64,000 nt of DNA, taken from contig OX597825.1 in NCBI GenBank assembly GCA_951406725.2, positions 76,446,001-76,510,000 on the forward strand. Direction: 5' to 3'. Under the pieces are notes generated by a model. That model had not been told where the DNA came from. It saw only the letters and a program-made list of their open reading frames with translations, and did not search any database. This stretch comes from Octopus vulgaris. Lineage: Eukaryota. Every line of letters starts with the position of its first letter. Within the stretch, counting starts at the first letter, position 1. Positions 14,330-27,711 of the stretch are shown piece after piece. A program made the position numbers and the translations under genes.

Positions 14330-15068
14330 CAGCACAGGTACCATAAAAAGAACAATCACTATGCATTGTGAAGTGGTTGGCATTAAGAAAGATATCCAGC
14401 CATAGAAACCATGCCAAAAAAGATACTGGAGTCCTTGGTCCCATCAGATCCTGTTAAACCATCCAACCCATGCCAGTGGATGATAAATGATGAAGATGAT
14501 TATGATGCTGCTGCTGCTGATGATGATGATACATGTGTGTGTGTGTGTGTGTGTGTATACACTAAGACCTATGCATCATCTTCTTGCACTCTTGCAGTCT
14601 CTCACACTCTCTCTCTCTCTCTCTTGGCTAGGTAACTATGTACCTCCTCTATAGCAAGACACCTGCTTCTGCCTCCCTGTCACACTATAACCTTTCATCA
14701 TCTGGCTCAAGATCCCCTCCTCCAATGCGCCTCCACTCTTAAAGGATCTTTGTCTTGCAAGTTACTTGGTGACCCTGCCAGTGCTGGTGCCATGTAAAAA
14801 GCATCCAGTCCACACTGTAAAGTGGTTGGCATTTAGAAGAGCATCCAGCTGTAAAAGCCATGCCAAAACTAACCTTGCCTGTGCTAGAGTCACATAAAAA
14901 GCACTCAATCTACTCTATGGGGTAGTTGGTGTTAGGAAGGGCATCCAACCATAAAACCCATGCCTATGCCACACAGTCACAATAGCCTAGTGTAGCCTTT
15001 TACCCAGCCAGCTCCTGTCAAGCTGTTCAACCCACGCCAGCATGGAAGACAAACATTAAATGATGATA
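14330..15068 (+). repeat. RTE-type 3'-tail fragments ending in (GAT)n
   Basis: gtggttggcatt..gaagggcatccagc...caacccatgccagcatgg tail, same as the ends of the RTE copies. Confidence 0.7.
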
Positions 15069-15560
15069 ATACCTGTGGATTTGTAAAACATTCATTGCTT
15101 CTATTTTTGTTTTACAGTACAGATGGAATCCATAGGTTCATATTCACTTAAAATTCACCCCTAATATTTGACAGATTATCAACTCCTTACTTGGAGCTTT
15201 AATTCATTAAGAGACTTGCTAGAGACCTCTATTATATTTGCTAAGTGTTTTCATTGATTATACAGAAACTATCCCAAGATTCTCTTGAGTAAGTTCTTTA
15301 TGTGACATCATACCATACTGATTATTTATCAAAGAAATGTAATAGTGCTATCCATGATTACCAATGACTCAAAATTTTAAGAAATTTGTATTAAATAAAC
15401 AAAATAATAAATATGTGAATTCTATGCATCTTTTCTTTTAGTTTCCTTAATTTTAATTTCAAATTTCTAACTCTGCTTGTAATAATTAACTCCCTTGTAA
15501 TAGCTGCCCCCTATTAGAGAGACTACATGAGTTTGGTTTAGGTGTTCAATGAAATCTTAC

Positions 15561-15654
15561 TGTTTAGGAATTTACAAGAATATTCATTAGAATTTGTCTT
15601 GTGTACGTTAACACAACCATATTCTTCTCCAGTAAGTATTCTTGTCATGACAAT
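15561..15654 (-). CDS. Receptor-like gene, coding exon 7 (IVMTRILTGEEYGCVNVHKTNSNEYSCKFLN)
   Basis: aatttttcAG acceptor, GTAAGA donor, 94 nt, phase 0->1; paralogous to exon 5. Confidence 0.85.
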
Positions 15655-16114
15655 CTGAAAAATTATAGAAGAAAATTGTTAGCTGATAAGTTTTATTACA
15701 TTTTTAAATTAACACAAATGTCTACACTGATAGTAGGGCAGTTGTTGCCTCTATGAGTGTATTATGATCAATATTTTTCACCTATTCTGACAGTCAATTT
15801 TTGCTTGAAATATAAACTCAGAAAAAAATGTCTTTTAGTGTGTTTGTGTGCATGTGTGAGTAATTCACAATTTGAAAATAATCTAACTCCATATGATACA
15901 GAGTAAATCGTTCCCCCATTATAATACATAAAAATGTATCTAAATATATATATGTATATTAACCCAAACTATCAACAGATAAGATTAATACATCTAATTA
16001 AATAAGAAATTACAATAAAAATTGAAATTATCTCAATTAAATAAGTAGAAGTTAAATATATTGATTTCTACCCTTTATATTTATAATGCTATTTAATTGT
16101 AAAATCTAGATATC

Positions 16115-17985
16115 AGGCAGTGTGGGTTATGGTCTTGTCACCTGCATCATAAATTAGGTAGTTCATGAAGGAGTCATACCCAATGACTGGTGTAGCAGCA
16201 CCATAGTCAACTGCTACAAGGGAAAAGGTGATGCTTCAGATAGAAATAACTACAGGGGTATCAAATTACTGGATCAGGTGATGAAAGTTACAGAGAGGGT
16301 CATAGCTCACTTTGTACTTGGCTTTTGTTGACTTGGAGAAATCCTTTGACAGGGTCTCCCGATCCCTTATCTGGTGGTCAATGCAGAAACTGGGGATAGG
16401 TGAGTGGCTGGTAAGGGCTGTACAAGCTGTCAGTAAGGTGAGGGTTGGCAACGAGTATAGTGAAGAATTCTGGGTAGAAGTAGGGGTTCACCAAGGATCA
16501 GTCCTCTTATTCATTATAGTCCGCTAGGCAATAACAGAGGAATTCAAGACAGGCTGCCCCTGGGAGCTCCCCAATGCTGATGACCTTGCTCTAATAGCTG
16601 AGTCACTGACAGAACTGGAAACGAAATTTAGGGTGTGGAAGCAAGGTCTAGAATCAAAGGGCCTTAGGATTAACCTAGCCAAAACCAAAGTCTTAGTAAG
16701 TAGGAAGGCTGTAAAATCACAACCCGCTTCAGGAAGATGGCCCTGCATGATCTGTAGAAAAGGCATGGGTAGAAACCCCATATGATGTACCAGATGTTAG
16801 CTATGGATGCATATGAGATGCAGCAATATCAAAGGAAGGTTAACTGGGAAAATAGATTTTATGTGTGGTGACAGGGGAAGAAACTAGAAGTAGTTAATAG
16901 TTTCTGTTACCTAGGCGACCAAGTCTGTAGTGGGAGTGGTTACTCTGAGAGTGTAGCGACTAGAATAAGAATAGCTTGGGCAAAGTTCAAGGAGCTCCTA
17001 CCTCTGCAAGCAACTAAGGGCCTCTCAATCAGGGTGAAAGGTAGACTGTATGATGCATGTGTGCGAACTGCCATGCTACATGGCAGTAAAACATGGGCCA
17101 TGAATACTGAGGATATGCGTAGGCTTGAAAGAAATGAAGCTAGTATGATCTGCTGAATGTGTAGTGTCAGTGTGCATACATGACAAAGTATAAGCACCCT
17201 GAGAGAAAAGTTGGGCATAAGAAGCATCAAATGTGGTATGCAAGAGAGGTGACTATGCTGATATGTTACGTATGAATGAAGACAGCTGTGTGAGGAGGTG
17301 CCACTCCCTAACTGTAGAAGGAACCTGTGGAAGAGGTAGACCCATGATGACATGGCACGAGGTGGTGAAGAATGACCTTTGAACATTGGGCCTCACAGAA
17401 GCAATGACAGAAGACCGGGACCTTTGTAGATATGCTGTGATTGAGAAAACCCAGCAACTAAAGTGAGATCACAACCACACACATCCATCCCTGTTAAGAA
17501 TACTCCTGATGCATCGAGTGAAATGATATGCTTGAGAAGACCTCTTAAGTCAAGTAAAACCAATATCATAGCTGGGGCCGGTGCCCCCTGACTGGCTCCT
17601 GTGCTAGTGGCACATAAAAAGCACCATCTGAACGTGGTCAATGCCAGGTCCGCCTGACTGGCTCCCATGCCAACAGCACGTAAAAAGCACCAACAGAACA
17701 TGGCCGATGCTAGTACCCACTGACTGGCTCCTGTGCCGGTGGCATGTAAAAAGCACCATCCAAACATGATTGTTGCCAGGTCCTCCTGACTAGCTCCTGT
17801 GCCGGTGGCACATAAGAAGGACCTACTACAGTCTCAGAGTGGTTGGCGTTAGGAAGGACAGCTGCAGAAACTCTGCTTGACTAGATTGGAGCCTGGTGCA
17901 GTCGTTGGTTCTCCAGACCTCAGAGAAACCGTCTAACCCATGCCAGCATGGAAAACGGACGTTAATCGATGATGATGATGATGAA
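16115..17985 (+). mobile_element. RTE LINE, 5'-truncated and degenerate, with 3' UTR tandem repeats and (GAT)n tail
   Basis: YLAFVDLEKSFDRV, VGVHQGSVL, ADDL; ~60-bp repeats at 17570-17830. Confidence 0.9.
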
Positions 17986-18327
17986 ATGAAGTTAGGAATT
18001 GAAACGTGCATAGATGATATGAAATTGACTATTTTGTAAATAAACTAATTTTTTCTGTGTTTACACTCTCCATTTTCTTTATATTATATTTTTAAAATTC
18101 TGTTCTCCTGTATTGGATAGATGAAAGCATCTATAATGGCAACTGGAACTTCATAAGTGTTAAGTACTGATGTCGAAGAAGAACCATCAATAAACACCAA
18201 TACTAACACAAATTAACAAGTTACAGGGAAATTAATTGATATAGGGCTAAACCAGTGTATGCTTGGATGAAATGCATCCCTGTTGAAAGAGCAACCTCTT
18301 TCCATTTGAAACCTATATATGTGTGTG

Positions 18328-18369
<42 letters not shown>

Positions 18370-18373
18370 GCTG

Positions 18374-18480
<107 letters not shown>

Positions 18481-18859
18481 CTCTATCTATCTATCTATCT
18501 GTCTGTCTGTGTGTCTATCTATCTGTTAATCTATATGCACACACACAGAAACATACACACATTGATACATATAAAATAGCCCCAGTGAATGAAGGAAGGT
18601 TGTATGGGATTAGTCAACTTGCTGGAAATAGGTACCAAATTTCCTTTAAGGCTGACTGAATAAAGATTGTAGGTTTATGCAGCTCATAAAACAACTTGAT
18701 GGCCATGCCTAGAATATCTTTGACCCTTAGGTTTTATCAGTGAATGCTGATCAAGACTTTAACAACAGCATTAATAATAGCAATGATTACAATAAATAAG
18801 TAAATAAATAATTAAAATAAAAAAGGAAATACGAAATTTAAAAAAGTAAAAATTCTAAC

Positions 18860-19092
18860 TTTAGATATGTCAATAGCTTTGTTATTATTTTCAAAGGATA
18901 TTTCAACTTCATCCATGCTTATATTTCCAATATTGATAAAAGCAGAAAATGTGGGGAGATAAGCTAATTTTTTTAATGTTAGAGCTTGTAAAGTGTTTGT
19001 TTCACTGCCAGTCATTCTAAAAAATATTTTCATTTCTTCTATATTTCCAATTAGTTTCGATTGAAAGGTTAGTTCTATTTTCCACACAGTAT
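18860..19092 (-). CDS. Receptor-like gene, coding exon 6 (module 3, long half: TVWKIELTF...DISK)
   Basis: Overlaps ORF 18812-19087 in frame; ttctttcatctctAG acceptor, GTTAGA donor; 233 nt, phase 1->0. Confidence 0.8.
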
Positions 19093-19292
19093 CTAGAGAT
19101 GAAAGAAGAAAATGAAAAAAGCAATAAAAAGATGGTATAGTACTTGTGAAACATAAAAAAAAAAAGAAATGTGCTGTGAAAAAATCGTGAATTACTTGAC
19201 ATTTTGAAATCTGAATTATTATTCAAGAGAAGATGACTGATTTTCTTCCCTTTTTGTTAACCATTTTGTTACCATATTTCTGTTGAGATATT

Positions 19293-20483
19293 TTATATCC
19301 TGCCACAGGTTGGTATAGATAAATTATGTAGTGGAGGTTTAATCAATGTGTTCCCTATTTTACTCCATGTATCTGTATTGATTATCGTGATATCATAACC
19401 CGTATCCAATTGTATCCAATTGTAACTTGATATTCATATTATTCATTTTTATGGACACAAATTTTCTTTTCTGAGCCTCTCTTAGAATTTCATTTAACAG
19501 TCCATTCTTTCTAGAATTTTTGCTTGTTTCACTATACAGTGGGAGCTTTTTATGTCCGATTTTTCAACAATCAAAACATTTACAATTTTTAAAAGGACAA
19601 TTACTTTTAAAACTTAAACCTCTGCAACCATAGCATGGATTTGGCCTGGATGTTCGTTTTTCTTTTTTTATCTGTTTCAGGATGACACACATGTATCTGA
19701 GAGCAATCTTTTTCTTCAATTTTATCTACGCCATGCCTTAAATTGATAATCCTCTGGCATTCTTCAGCCACTGCTTGTAGAGTTAATTTTTGGTCCTGTT
19801 CTAATTTTGTTAATATACGGAAACGTATATCAGCATCTTTTCTTGCTGTTAACCCTTGAACAAAAATTAGACATTTGAACAAATCTGGCATTAATTCATT
19901 TAATTTGAATTTTTCACACTCTTTTAATGATCCCAACATTGGTGACGAAATCTTCATCATATTTTTTAACTAAATTTAAACATTGCTAATGAATATTGAA
20001 CAGGGAACTTCTTTCACAGATAATTCTCATTAACAAATTAGCTGTTTCATAGAAACAAATCTTACCTGATTTGTTTGGCAGAATATAGTTACAATATTTT
20101 TTGTGTTCAGCAGGCGATAACTTTTTTTAAAGTAGTCGCACCTTCTCGTCATTATAATTCTTACATTCTTCTTTGAAGATTTCTTTGTATCTTTGACAAT
20201 ATGAAGAAAAATACTTTCTTCTGGGTTATAAATAAATTCTCCAATTGAAGTTTCTATGCTGTCAGGTATTGATGCTGTTGTTATAGTTGTTGTTGTAACT
20301 GCTGTTGTTGCTGTTGCAGCTGCACCACATTAGCCAACAAATTTTCCATGTTAATGACTTTTTTCCTTGGTTTCATAAAAAAAATTAAACTTTCTACGCA
20401 AGCTTAAAATATCTCTTTGCCACTTTTATATCCTACCACAGGTTGGTATAGAAAAGTTAGCGGAGGTTTAATCAATGTGTTCA
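19293..20483 (-). mobile_element. Gypsy-like LTR remnant (degenerate gag with zinc knuckle)
   Basis: ~60-bp direct repeats at 19293-19353 and 20424-20483; TGGCA PBS-like motif; ORF 19607-19960 (FKCLIFVQGL...IRFRILTKLE) and CFDC..GH. Confidence 0.7.
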
Positions 20484-20519
20484 CATGACATACTTTGCAA
20501 GACTACCAAAATGCTCTCT

Positions 20520-21800
20520 CTTTCTTTATTTTGGCACTACGGCCACAACACAGAGGGGACACTACAAAGATAGACACAACACCACTGTGGGGACAAAAAC
20601 AAAAACATTAAACAAATGAAAATGAGATGTTATATGAAAATGAAAAATGAAATGGCTGCATGAGCCCCATTCCCATGCAGTACTATTTGAACGTTTATAT
20701 AAACTATTTACAATCGTTCTATTTTCTTATTGTTTTTTCTTAATCATCGTTTTTTCCCCTTTTTTATTTTTTTAAATGAAACAATTTTACTTTTTTCCTT
20801 TTTTGCAACAAAACAATTTACTTTTTTTCCTTTTTAATGCCTCATGAAAGGTTTTAAATCTTTTAGCTCCACTACTGGTGGCAATTCGTCGAACACCACC
20901 AACACTCCTGGCGGGTCAATCCTGCTTCAACACATGTCTTTTAGTCTGTTGTGTCTTTGTCAACCATGATGGGCTTCACATTCTTGGTATACACATCTGT
21001 GGGTAATTTCACTTTTATGACATGTTTAAATTTTAAAACTTTCTTTTCAGTTTCTTTGCTTTTCACGAATGTCACAAAATTTAATCGAAATCTTCCTTTT
21101 CTTGTTTGTTTTCTCTTTTCCCATTCCAGTCCTAGGACCTTCTTTTCTCCATCCACTCTCCTCGGTCTCTGCAGTTGCGTTTCAAAATCTTCTCCCTCCC
21201 TGGGAACAACCGGTGTCTTCACCAATGTCTCTTCTTTATTCAGTTCCTCCTCGAACACATTTTCAAATTTCTTTTTGCTTTCTCTTTCCACCACCATTTC
21301 GTCTTCCTTCCTTTTGGTCTCCTCCTTTCCCACTACTTCTTTTTCTGCTGCTATGGCGATGAGCTCACTCTCGCATTTCTCTTACTTTTTTTTTACCACT
21401 GTGAATTCCTCCTCCGTTGCTTTCTCTTTTATCTCGACCTGTACCACCTGGTCTGTGCTCTCCTGCCTCTCCGTCTGCTCTATTTGTTGTTCTCTTTGGG
21501 GATACCTTGCCTTCATGTGGTCTTTTTCCTCACATGTAAAACATATAGGTGGCCTGCCCTCCACCACCACTCTCAATCTAAAGTCATCGGGCTGCACTAT
21601 CTCTCCAACAATTCAGTTTAAGTCTTCCACTGTTGCTTGGATGGTTAACTCAATCCCATATCCCCAGTAGTTTATACTTTGGGTCCTTGTGGCCTCCAGT
21701 AACTTGGCCTCTTCATTCATGTTGTACATTATGGCTGTCATTAGCCATGCTTCTTTCAGCTCTGGGGGCAATTTGCCAACTCACTACTCTGGCCACAGGG
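20520..21800 (-). mobile_element. Tx1/L1-like ORF1-only element fragment
   Basis: LRVVVEGRPPICFTCEEKDHMKARYP zinc knuckle, charged low-complexity C-terminus, then a 3' end with TGTCCCCTCTGTGTT...AATAAAG; no ORF2. Confidence 0.65.
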
Positions 21801-22139
21801 ATGTAACCAGAATAGCGCTGGTCAATATTACCTAATATAATATTATTATTCATCAGAAGTTTTGACTTTTGAACTTAAGCATTCCAAGTTCAGATTTGAG
21901 GAAGGCACCTTAAGCACATGTCTTCTACTATAATCTCTGACCAACAAAGACTTGAGAGTAGATTTAGTAAACAGAAAATGAAAGAAGGATGTCATATGAG
22001 TGTGTGTGAGTGTGGCAGGGGTGCTTGTGTCTCCTTGTCTGAGAAATGATCATAAATGAGCACCACCATCATACAATTGGTTCCTTCATTTCAAATCTGA
22101 TGTAAAATATGTCAATCTTTCATACTATTTATATCTTCT

Positions 22140-22880
22140 ATTTTTTACTTGTATCAGACATTAGACTTTGGCCATGCTGGGGCAACACCTTGTAGAATTT
22201 TAGTTGCACGAATCATCTTCAGTACTTCACTTTTTAAAAGCCTAGTACTGATTTGATAAGTTTCTTTTGCCAAACCGCTAAGTCACGGGAATGTAAACAC
22301 CCTGACATCAGTTGTCAAATAGTGGTGGGGAACAAAAAGAAGCACATGTGCACACGTGTGCACACACATACACACACACACATATGATCAACATCATGAT
22401 TATCATCATTTAGTGTCCATTTTCCATGTTAGCATCGATTGGACTAGATATATTTATATATATATCATGATCATAATCATCATTGTTTAACATCCGTTTT
22501 CCGTGTTAGCACACATATATATATTTTTACAAAATGGGCTTCTTTCAGTTTGTGTCAACCAAATCCACTCACAAGGCTTTGGTCTGCCTGAGTTATAGTA
22601 GAAGACACTTGCCCAAGGAACCATACTGTGGGATTGAACCTGGAATCATGTAGTTGGGAAGCAATATTTTTACCACACTACCAAGGGAATATTGGTTTCA
22701 AGAGCAAGTTCAGAAGAGGAAATAAGTCAATTACATTGACCTACAGTTCTCAACAGGTACTTATTTTATTGACTCCAAAAGGATGAAAGGCAAAGTCAAC
22801 CTTGGTAGAATTTGAACTCTGAACATAATGACAGACAAAATGCTGCTAAGCATTTTGCCCAATTCTGCCAGCTTGCCACA
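22140..22880 (-). mobile_element. Cluster of SINEs (two families)
   Basis: Reverse matches to the 56528-56940 and 26341-26555 families. Confidence 0.75.
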
Positions 22881-23099
22881 TACTACCAAGGAAATATTAC
22901 CATGAATGTAGTATGGCTTTGGAAATTGGTGTGGGTGATAGGAAGATTTAACTCTTAATAGTAATATCAATGCAGCAGCATGAGTCATTTAGAATTCACC
23001 TTGATCACTCTCCTTCTTAATAACATCTGATAAAAGCCAGCAAAGCAGAACTATTTCCTAATTTCTAATAAAGTGATATAATATGTTTTATCAACTTAC

Positions 23100-23193
23100 T
23101 ATTTGTCAATGAACATTCATGATAAGGAGTACTTTGATTAAGAGCATAAATACAGGAGTATCTGTTGGAAGTTTCCATATTCTTCAGGTTGAC
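23100..23193 (-). CDS. Receptor-like gene, coding exon 5 (VNLKNMETSNRYSCIYALNQSTPYHECSLTN)
   Basis: Strong polypyrimidine acceptor, GTAAGT donor, 94 nt, phase 0->1; same length and Cys spacing as exon 7. Confidence 0.85.
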
Positions 23194-23619
23194 CTAAAGC
23201 AAAATTAAAAGAAAAAACAACAAAATTATGTGTCCTGGAATTACATGGGTTTAGGTAGGTGACAATTTGTTCTTGATCCAGTAATTACATAGATAAGGAA
23301 TATCTAATTTATCCATCTATGCAGTAATTCTATCTCTTTTTCATCTGGAGTGTTTTTACAAATATTGAAAGCTTTATAAATAATCAAACAAGCCCATGTT
23401 TACAGGAGCTGAGCCATTCAGATTCTTTACTCATGGTTTAAGAAAATTAAAACAGCTTAAAGGAATTATATTAATCTACAGATGATGTCAGCACGAAGGG
23501 AGCCTGGTCTTGTCATCTTAGTATATTCAACTTGAAAATATCACTCTATTCTAAATCATAAAAACAGAAGTAGTGGTGGAGACTGGCAGATATAATATAT
23601 CTACAGTTGGGTCTCTTTC

Positions 23620-24129
23620 CTATTATATTCCCTTTTAAGTTTACATTGGCTATCTACACTGTCTCTTTTATTTTGTTCTGTTCTGTTATATTAGTGTCTA
23701 TGGTATTTTCTGCTTTACTATATATCAAATTATTTTTCTATCTTTATCTCTATTACTGTTGTAAATATAGACCTTATTATTACCCTCAGGGTTTAAGTTA
23801 TTTTCTTTATCAACCTCATTGTCTGGATCTATGTTTTTTTTTTTTTTGTTTGATTTCAATTTTTCTTTATATCCTGCCCTACTAAGTACTAGTTTATAAA
23901 AATCTTCATTTTTTGAAAATATTTCCTCATCCACCAATAGGTTTGAAATACACGAGACATTTTCTACAATTTTTAGTGGAAATTATTATTATTTATTGTA
24001 ACAAATGAACAGGGAAGAAAAATACTGAAAAGAGCAGCAGAGTAAAAGCAAATATCCAAAATGAAAATACTCACCTAAGGCATGGAAACAGTGAAGCAGC
24101 AGCAGTAGCAGAAGAAGAAGAAGAAGAAG

Positions 24130-24160
<31 letters not shown>

Positions 24161-24720
24161 GACGACATTGAGTAATAACTCAAATAATAATATATTGGAA
24201 AGCGATACTGAAATTGAAAATCAAGAAATGGAATGTAAATTAGCAGATAAAGAAGGCAGAAAGAACAAAGGAAATAATCAGGAAAGGAAACAAGATATAT
24301 AAAATAGAGTTATAGATAAAAAAAATTCTGATTGTGCAATAAATAGATTAAGTCTTCTTGATTTTAACTGCAAAATTAAAGAAACAGTATACAGGTGAAA
24401 GGTAATCTCAGAAGATCATGTATGTTATTACTTTCGTGCTTGTGAAACATATAAAAAGAAGAATTATCAACCAAGATAACTCATTTAGAGACTGCAAAAA
24501 GAAAAAATAACACTAGTTTAAGTAAACTAATTGGTCCTTAAAAGATAATAATAAGGAATATAAAAGTACCTGGGAAATAATTAGTAGAGCCAAACCATAA
24601 AGAAGAAGCAAACAGTGTGAATTGTGTGTGTGAAAGAAATTTAACAAATTCTTACATCAAAATTCAAATTAATCAACTGTAGATGTGAGAGTGCATTACA
24701 TTGTATTCACCAAGCTAAAC
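23620..24720. mobile_element. Penelope-like element fragments (degenerate GIY-YIG endonuclease on + at ~24330-24720; inverted piece at ~23620-23990)
   Basis: Frameshifted translation gives VYR..V, CE, NTSLSKLI, TWEIISRAKP, CELCV, typical of the PLE GIY-YIG C-terminus. Confidence 0.65.
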
Positions 24721-24889
24721 ATACATTTCATAAATTTGAATAATTGCATAATATATAATATTAAAATTAGAATCGAAATCAAGTAAACAATAGCAGGTTG
24801 AGAGGGTAATTAAATTAGAGGAGGTGAGCTCGGTTAATGTGGCACAAGGGAGCAAAGAGAGAAGATTAATATACACGCATGTATTTATA

Positions 24890-25740
24890 TATGAGGTGGT
24901 GTAAACATGGTTGCATGTGAAGTGAGAGCTAGCAGTGACCTTCATGAGGCAGTGTGCTGAGTGACATCGCTGTGTTTACTTTTCAAGTTGTGAAATTTGT
25001 GTTTTGTAATCATGTGTATGTTATAGTCTGCGATTTTTGATATGGACAGGAAGCTGGAATAAAGAGCCAATGTGAAAATTTGCATTACACTTGGGACGTC
25101 TGCTACAGAGACATTGAGCATGCTTAGGCAAGCTTAAGGCGACAAGGTCGTACACAATGTTTCAAGTGGGATAGGCGCTTCAAAAGTGGAAGAACATCCC
25201 AAGATAATGAGCAAAATGGAAGATCTACTTCGAGTGTCACCACCGGAAATGTGGAAGAAATTCATCAGCTTCTGCATGAGGATCGTCGGAGGACAACCAT
25301 CGACATTGGTTATGCTGTTGGTCTGTCGTATGGGTCCATGCAGGCAATCCTGACATCTACAAAGAATTGGATTCTTCACAACATTGCACCTTGTCACTAA
25401 ACTCTCCTCACAGTGAGTTTCTTATTGAAAACGACATGGTATCGCTTCTGCACCCATACTATTAACCAGATTTAACACCTGTGCACTTCTATCTCTTCTC
25501 CAGGATGAAAATTCAGTTAAAAAATCACTGGTCTAACACCGTTATCAAGATCCAAAGTGAATCACAGAAGATCCTCAACTCGCTTATGGAAAATGACTTC
25601 CAGGCCGGATTCCAAACATAGTAGAAAGGCTGGGACTGGTATATTGCTGAGCAAGGAGACTATTTCGATGTTAAAACCTAGTTAAATTAGATTTTTTTTT
25701 ATTAAATGTAACTAGTCTGTGAACTTTTTGATACACACAC
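24890..25740 (+). mobile_element. Degenerate mariner transposon
   Basis: RANVKIC..LGTSATETLSMLRQA, LLHEDRRRT, HPY.PDLTP.HFYLF, W..CIAEQGDYF. Confidence 0.75.
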
Positions 25741-26340
25741 ACACACATATATGTACATATATATTGCATCAACTCCCGCATTCAACGGTACTTATTTTAT
25801 CACCTCAAAAGGATGAAAGGCAAAGTCAACCTTGGTGGAATTTGAATGAACTCAGAACATAAAGACAGATGAAATGCTAGTAAGCATTTCGTCCAGTGTG
25901 CTAATGATTCTGCCAGTTCACAATCTTACTATATTTGGTAATATTGACAAAAGATTATTGGCACAAGTGAATGATATTTAGTAATATTCAACCAAGTACC
26001 AACATCCAACATCAATTTGGTAAAAAAGGAAAGTTGAATTTTCACACCTGAAGGCTTAATGGAATATTCTAGAACTTCTTGGTAGGTCTATAAAACTCTA
26101 CATTTCAACTTTCTCTTGTATTTTTGTCTTTTTGTTGCCAAAATAATTTCATTCATTTACATTCTATCTGTAGCTGCTAATTATGTTGTAATTTATAAAG
26201 AAACATTTGACAATTCATGATTTGAACATTATATATCTGTGCATATTAAAAATGTTTAGAGTTATAAATAAACATTTTTCAGTTTAATAATTTCTCTTAT
26301 TAATAGCAAAACTTATATAACTAATGATATTTCTTTTGAC

Positions 26341-26555
26341 TAAGGCGGTGAGCTGGCAGAAACGTTAGCACGCTGGGCGAAATGCTTAGCGGTATTTTGT
26401 CTGCTGCTATGTTCTGAGTTCAAATTCTGCCGAGGTTGACTTTGCCTTTCATCCTTTTGGGATTGATTAAATAAGTACCAGTTTTGCACTGGGGTCGATA
26501 TAACCAACAGGCCCCCTCCCCACAAATTTCAGGCCTTGTACCTAGAGTAGAAAAG
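26341..26555 (+). mobile_element. tRNA-derived SINE (other copies at 25775-25925 -, 49075-49287 -, 56308-56505 +)
   Basis: GGCGGTGAGCTGGCAGAA head, GAGTTCAAATTC B box, conserved CCTTTCATCCTTT..GAT.AAATAAGTACC body. Confidence 0.8.
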
Positions 26556-26912
26556 ATATTTCTTTTGACTATGAATAAAAACAGTTTTTAAGGTGATTGA
26601 GAATACAGAATTGAAAAAGTGCTTTGCTATAATTCATTTTGGTAAACAACAAAAAGGATAAATAGCCAATTTAAACCTGGCATGAAGTGAACACAGAAGA
26701 GTGATGTTGAATCATTCATCCAAACCATCAACTTTCTAATGAGAAATTATCAATACACATCTGTGCGTTTGCTGAATTATGTATGAGCATACATGTATAT
26801 AATGTATTTCATTTAATCAAATCCAGAAAACCTGAAAACAAGTAATACATTGAAATTCAAGTGAACCGGTTATACTTCTTTCTAAATGAGAAAAAATAAA
26901 GGGTTTACTCAC

Positions 26913-27118
26913 AACTGTCTCTAACCAAAATTTTCCTGTAGTCTCTATTTCTATTCTTGACCTTGTATTCATTTCCATTGGAAGAATGAATGATTTATTT
27001 GATGTTTTAGAATCTTTCTCAAATTTTATATCGTCTTTGCCATAAGGTATTATTTTAAAAGATTGTGTGTACTTGTTGTTCATCTCACTATGTATAACTT
27101 CAAGGTTCCAGTGTGTCC
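26913..27118 (-). CDS. Receptor-like gene, coding exon 4 (module 2, long half: THWNLEVIH...GKFWLETV)
   Basis: Lies within ORF 26817-27125; ttcttctgttacttgctAG acceptor, GTGAGT donor; 206 nt, phase 1->0. Confidence 0.85.
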
Positions 27119-27711
27119 CTAGCAAGTAACAGAAGAAAAATTGTCATTAATGACAACAAAATTTCAAATTACTAAATTTGAAAGAATAATTGTTTTATAA
27201 GGAAGGAGATTTAAAATGAAACTATTAGAATACAATTGAAAACTATTTATTTTCTCTGCTCTTCTACCATACATTCATTACACTTCTTTTCATTTATAAT
27301 TTATTTAGATTTGATGTCAAAAATGTTATAAACTTTCAAGAGAATTTGAAATAATGCATTTTAGAAAAGCAGATCTTGAAGCACACACACAAGGTTATAA
27401 ATAATAGCATATAAATATTAGGTTGGAAATCTCTTTTGGATAAAAAATACGTGAAAGGGTGTCCATAGGACTCAAACCCACATCCCCCATAGACATGACT
27501 GATGTTCTACCATTGGACCAAGGCAATTCCTTAAATTTTTCTATTGATTTTAGAAATGTTATTCTTACCAATGAAAACTCTATGTTGTTGATGTCATAAG
27601 AATTTTTCTATAAACTTCTGAGAGAATGTGAATCAATTCTTATTTTTAAAATATCACAAAGTCCTTGACTAATTCTATCCAAAAGGATTTATCAACCCAA
27701 TATATATATCT

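Noticed and set aside
17570-17830. CRISPR-like repeat-spacer appearance
   Set aside because: Spacers are homologous to each other, arrays lie in RTE 3' UTRs, the context is eukaryotic, and there are no cas genes
23245-23550. Coding-looking intronic stretch on the minus strand
   Set aside because: Stops in all three frames; no recognisable homology
25930-26087. Open minus-strand exon-like segment (TYQEVLEYSIKP...)
   Set aside because: Phase 0->2 is incompatible with exon 5; the apparent donor coincides with a SINE end
27420-27530. tRNA-like sequence on the minus strand
   Set aside because: Degenerate SINE-type head without a complete cloverleaf; no true tRNA gene supported anywhere in the window
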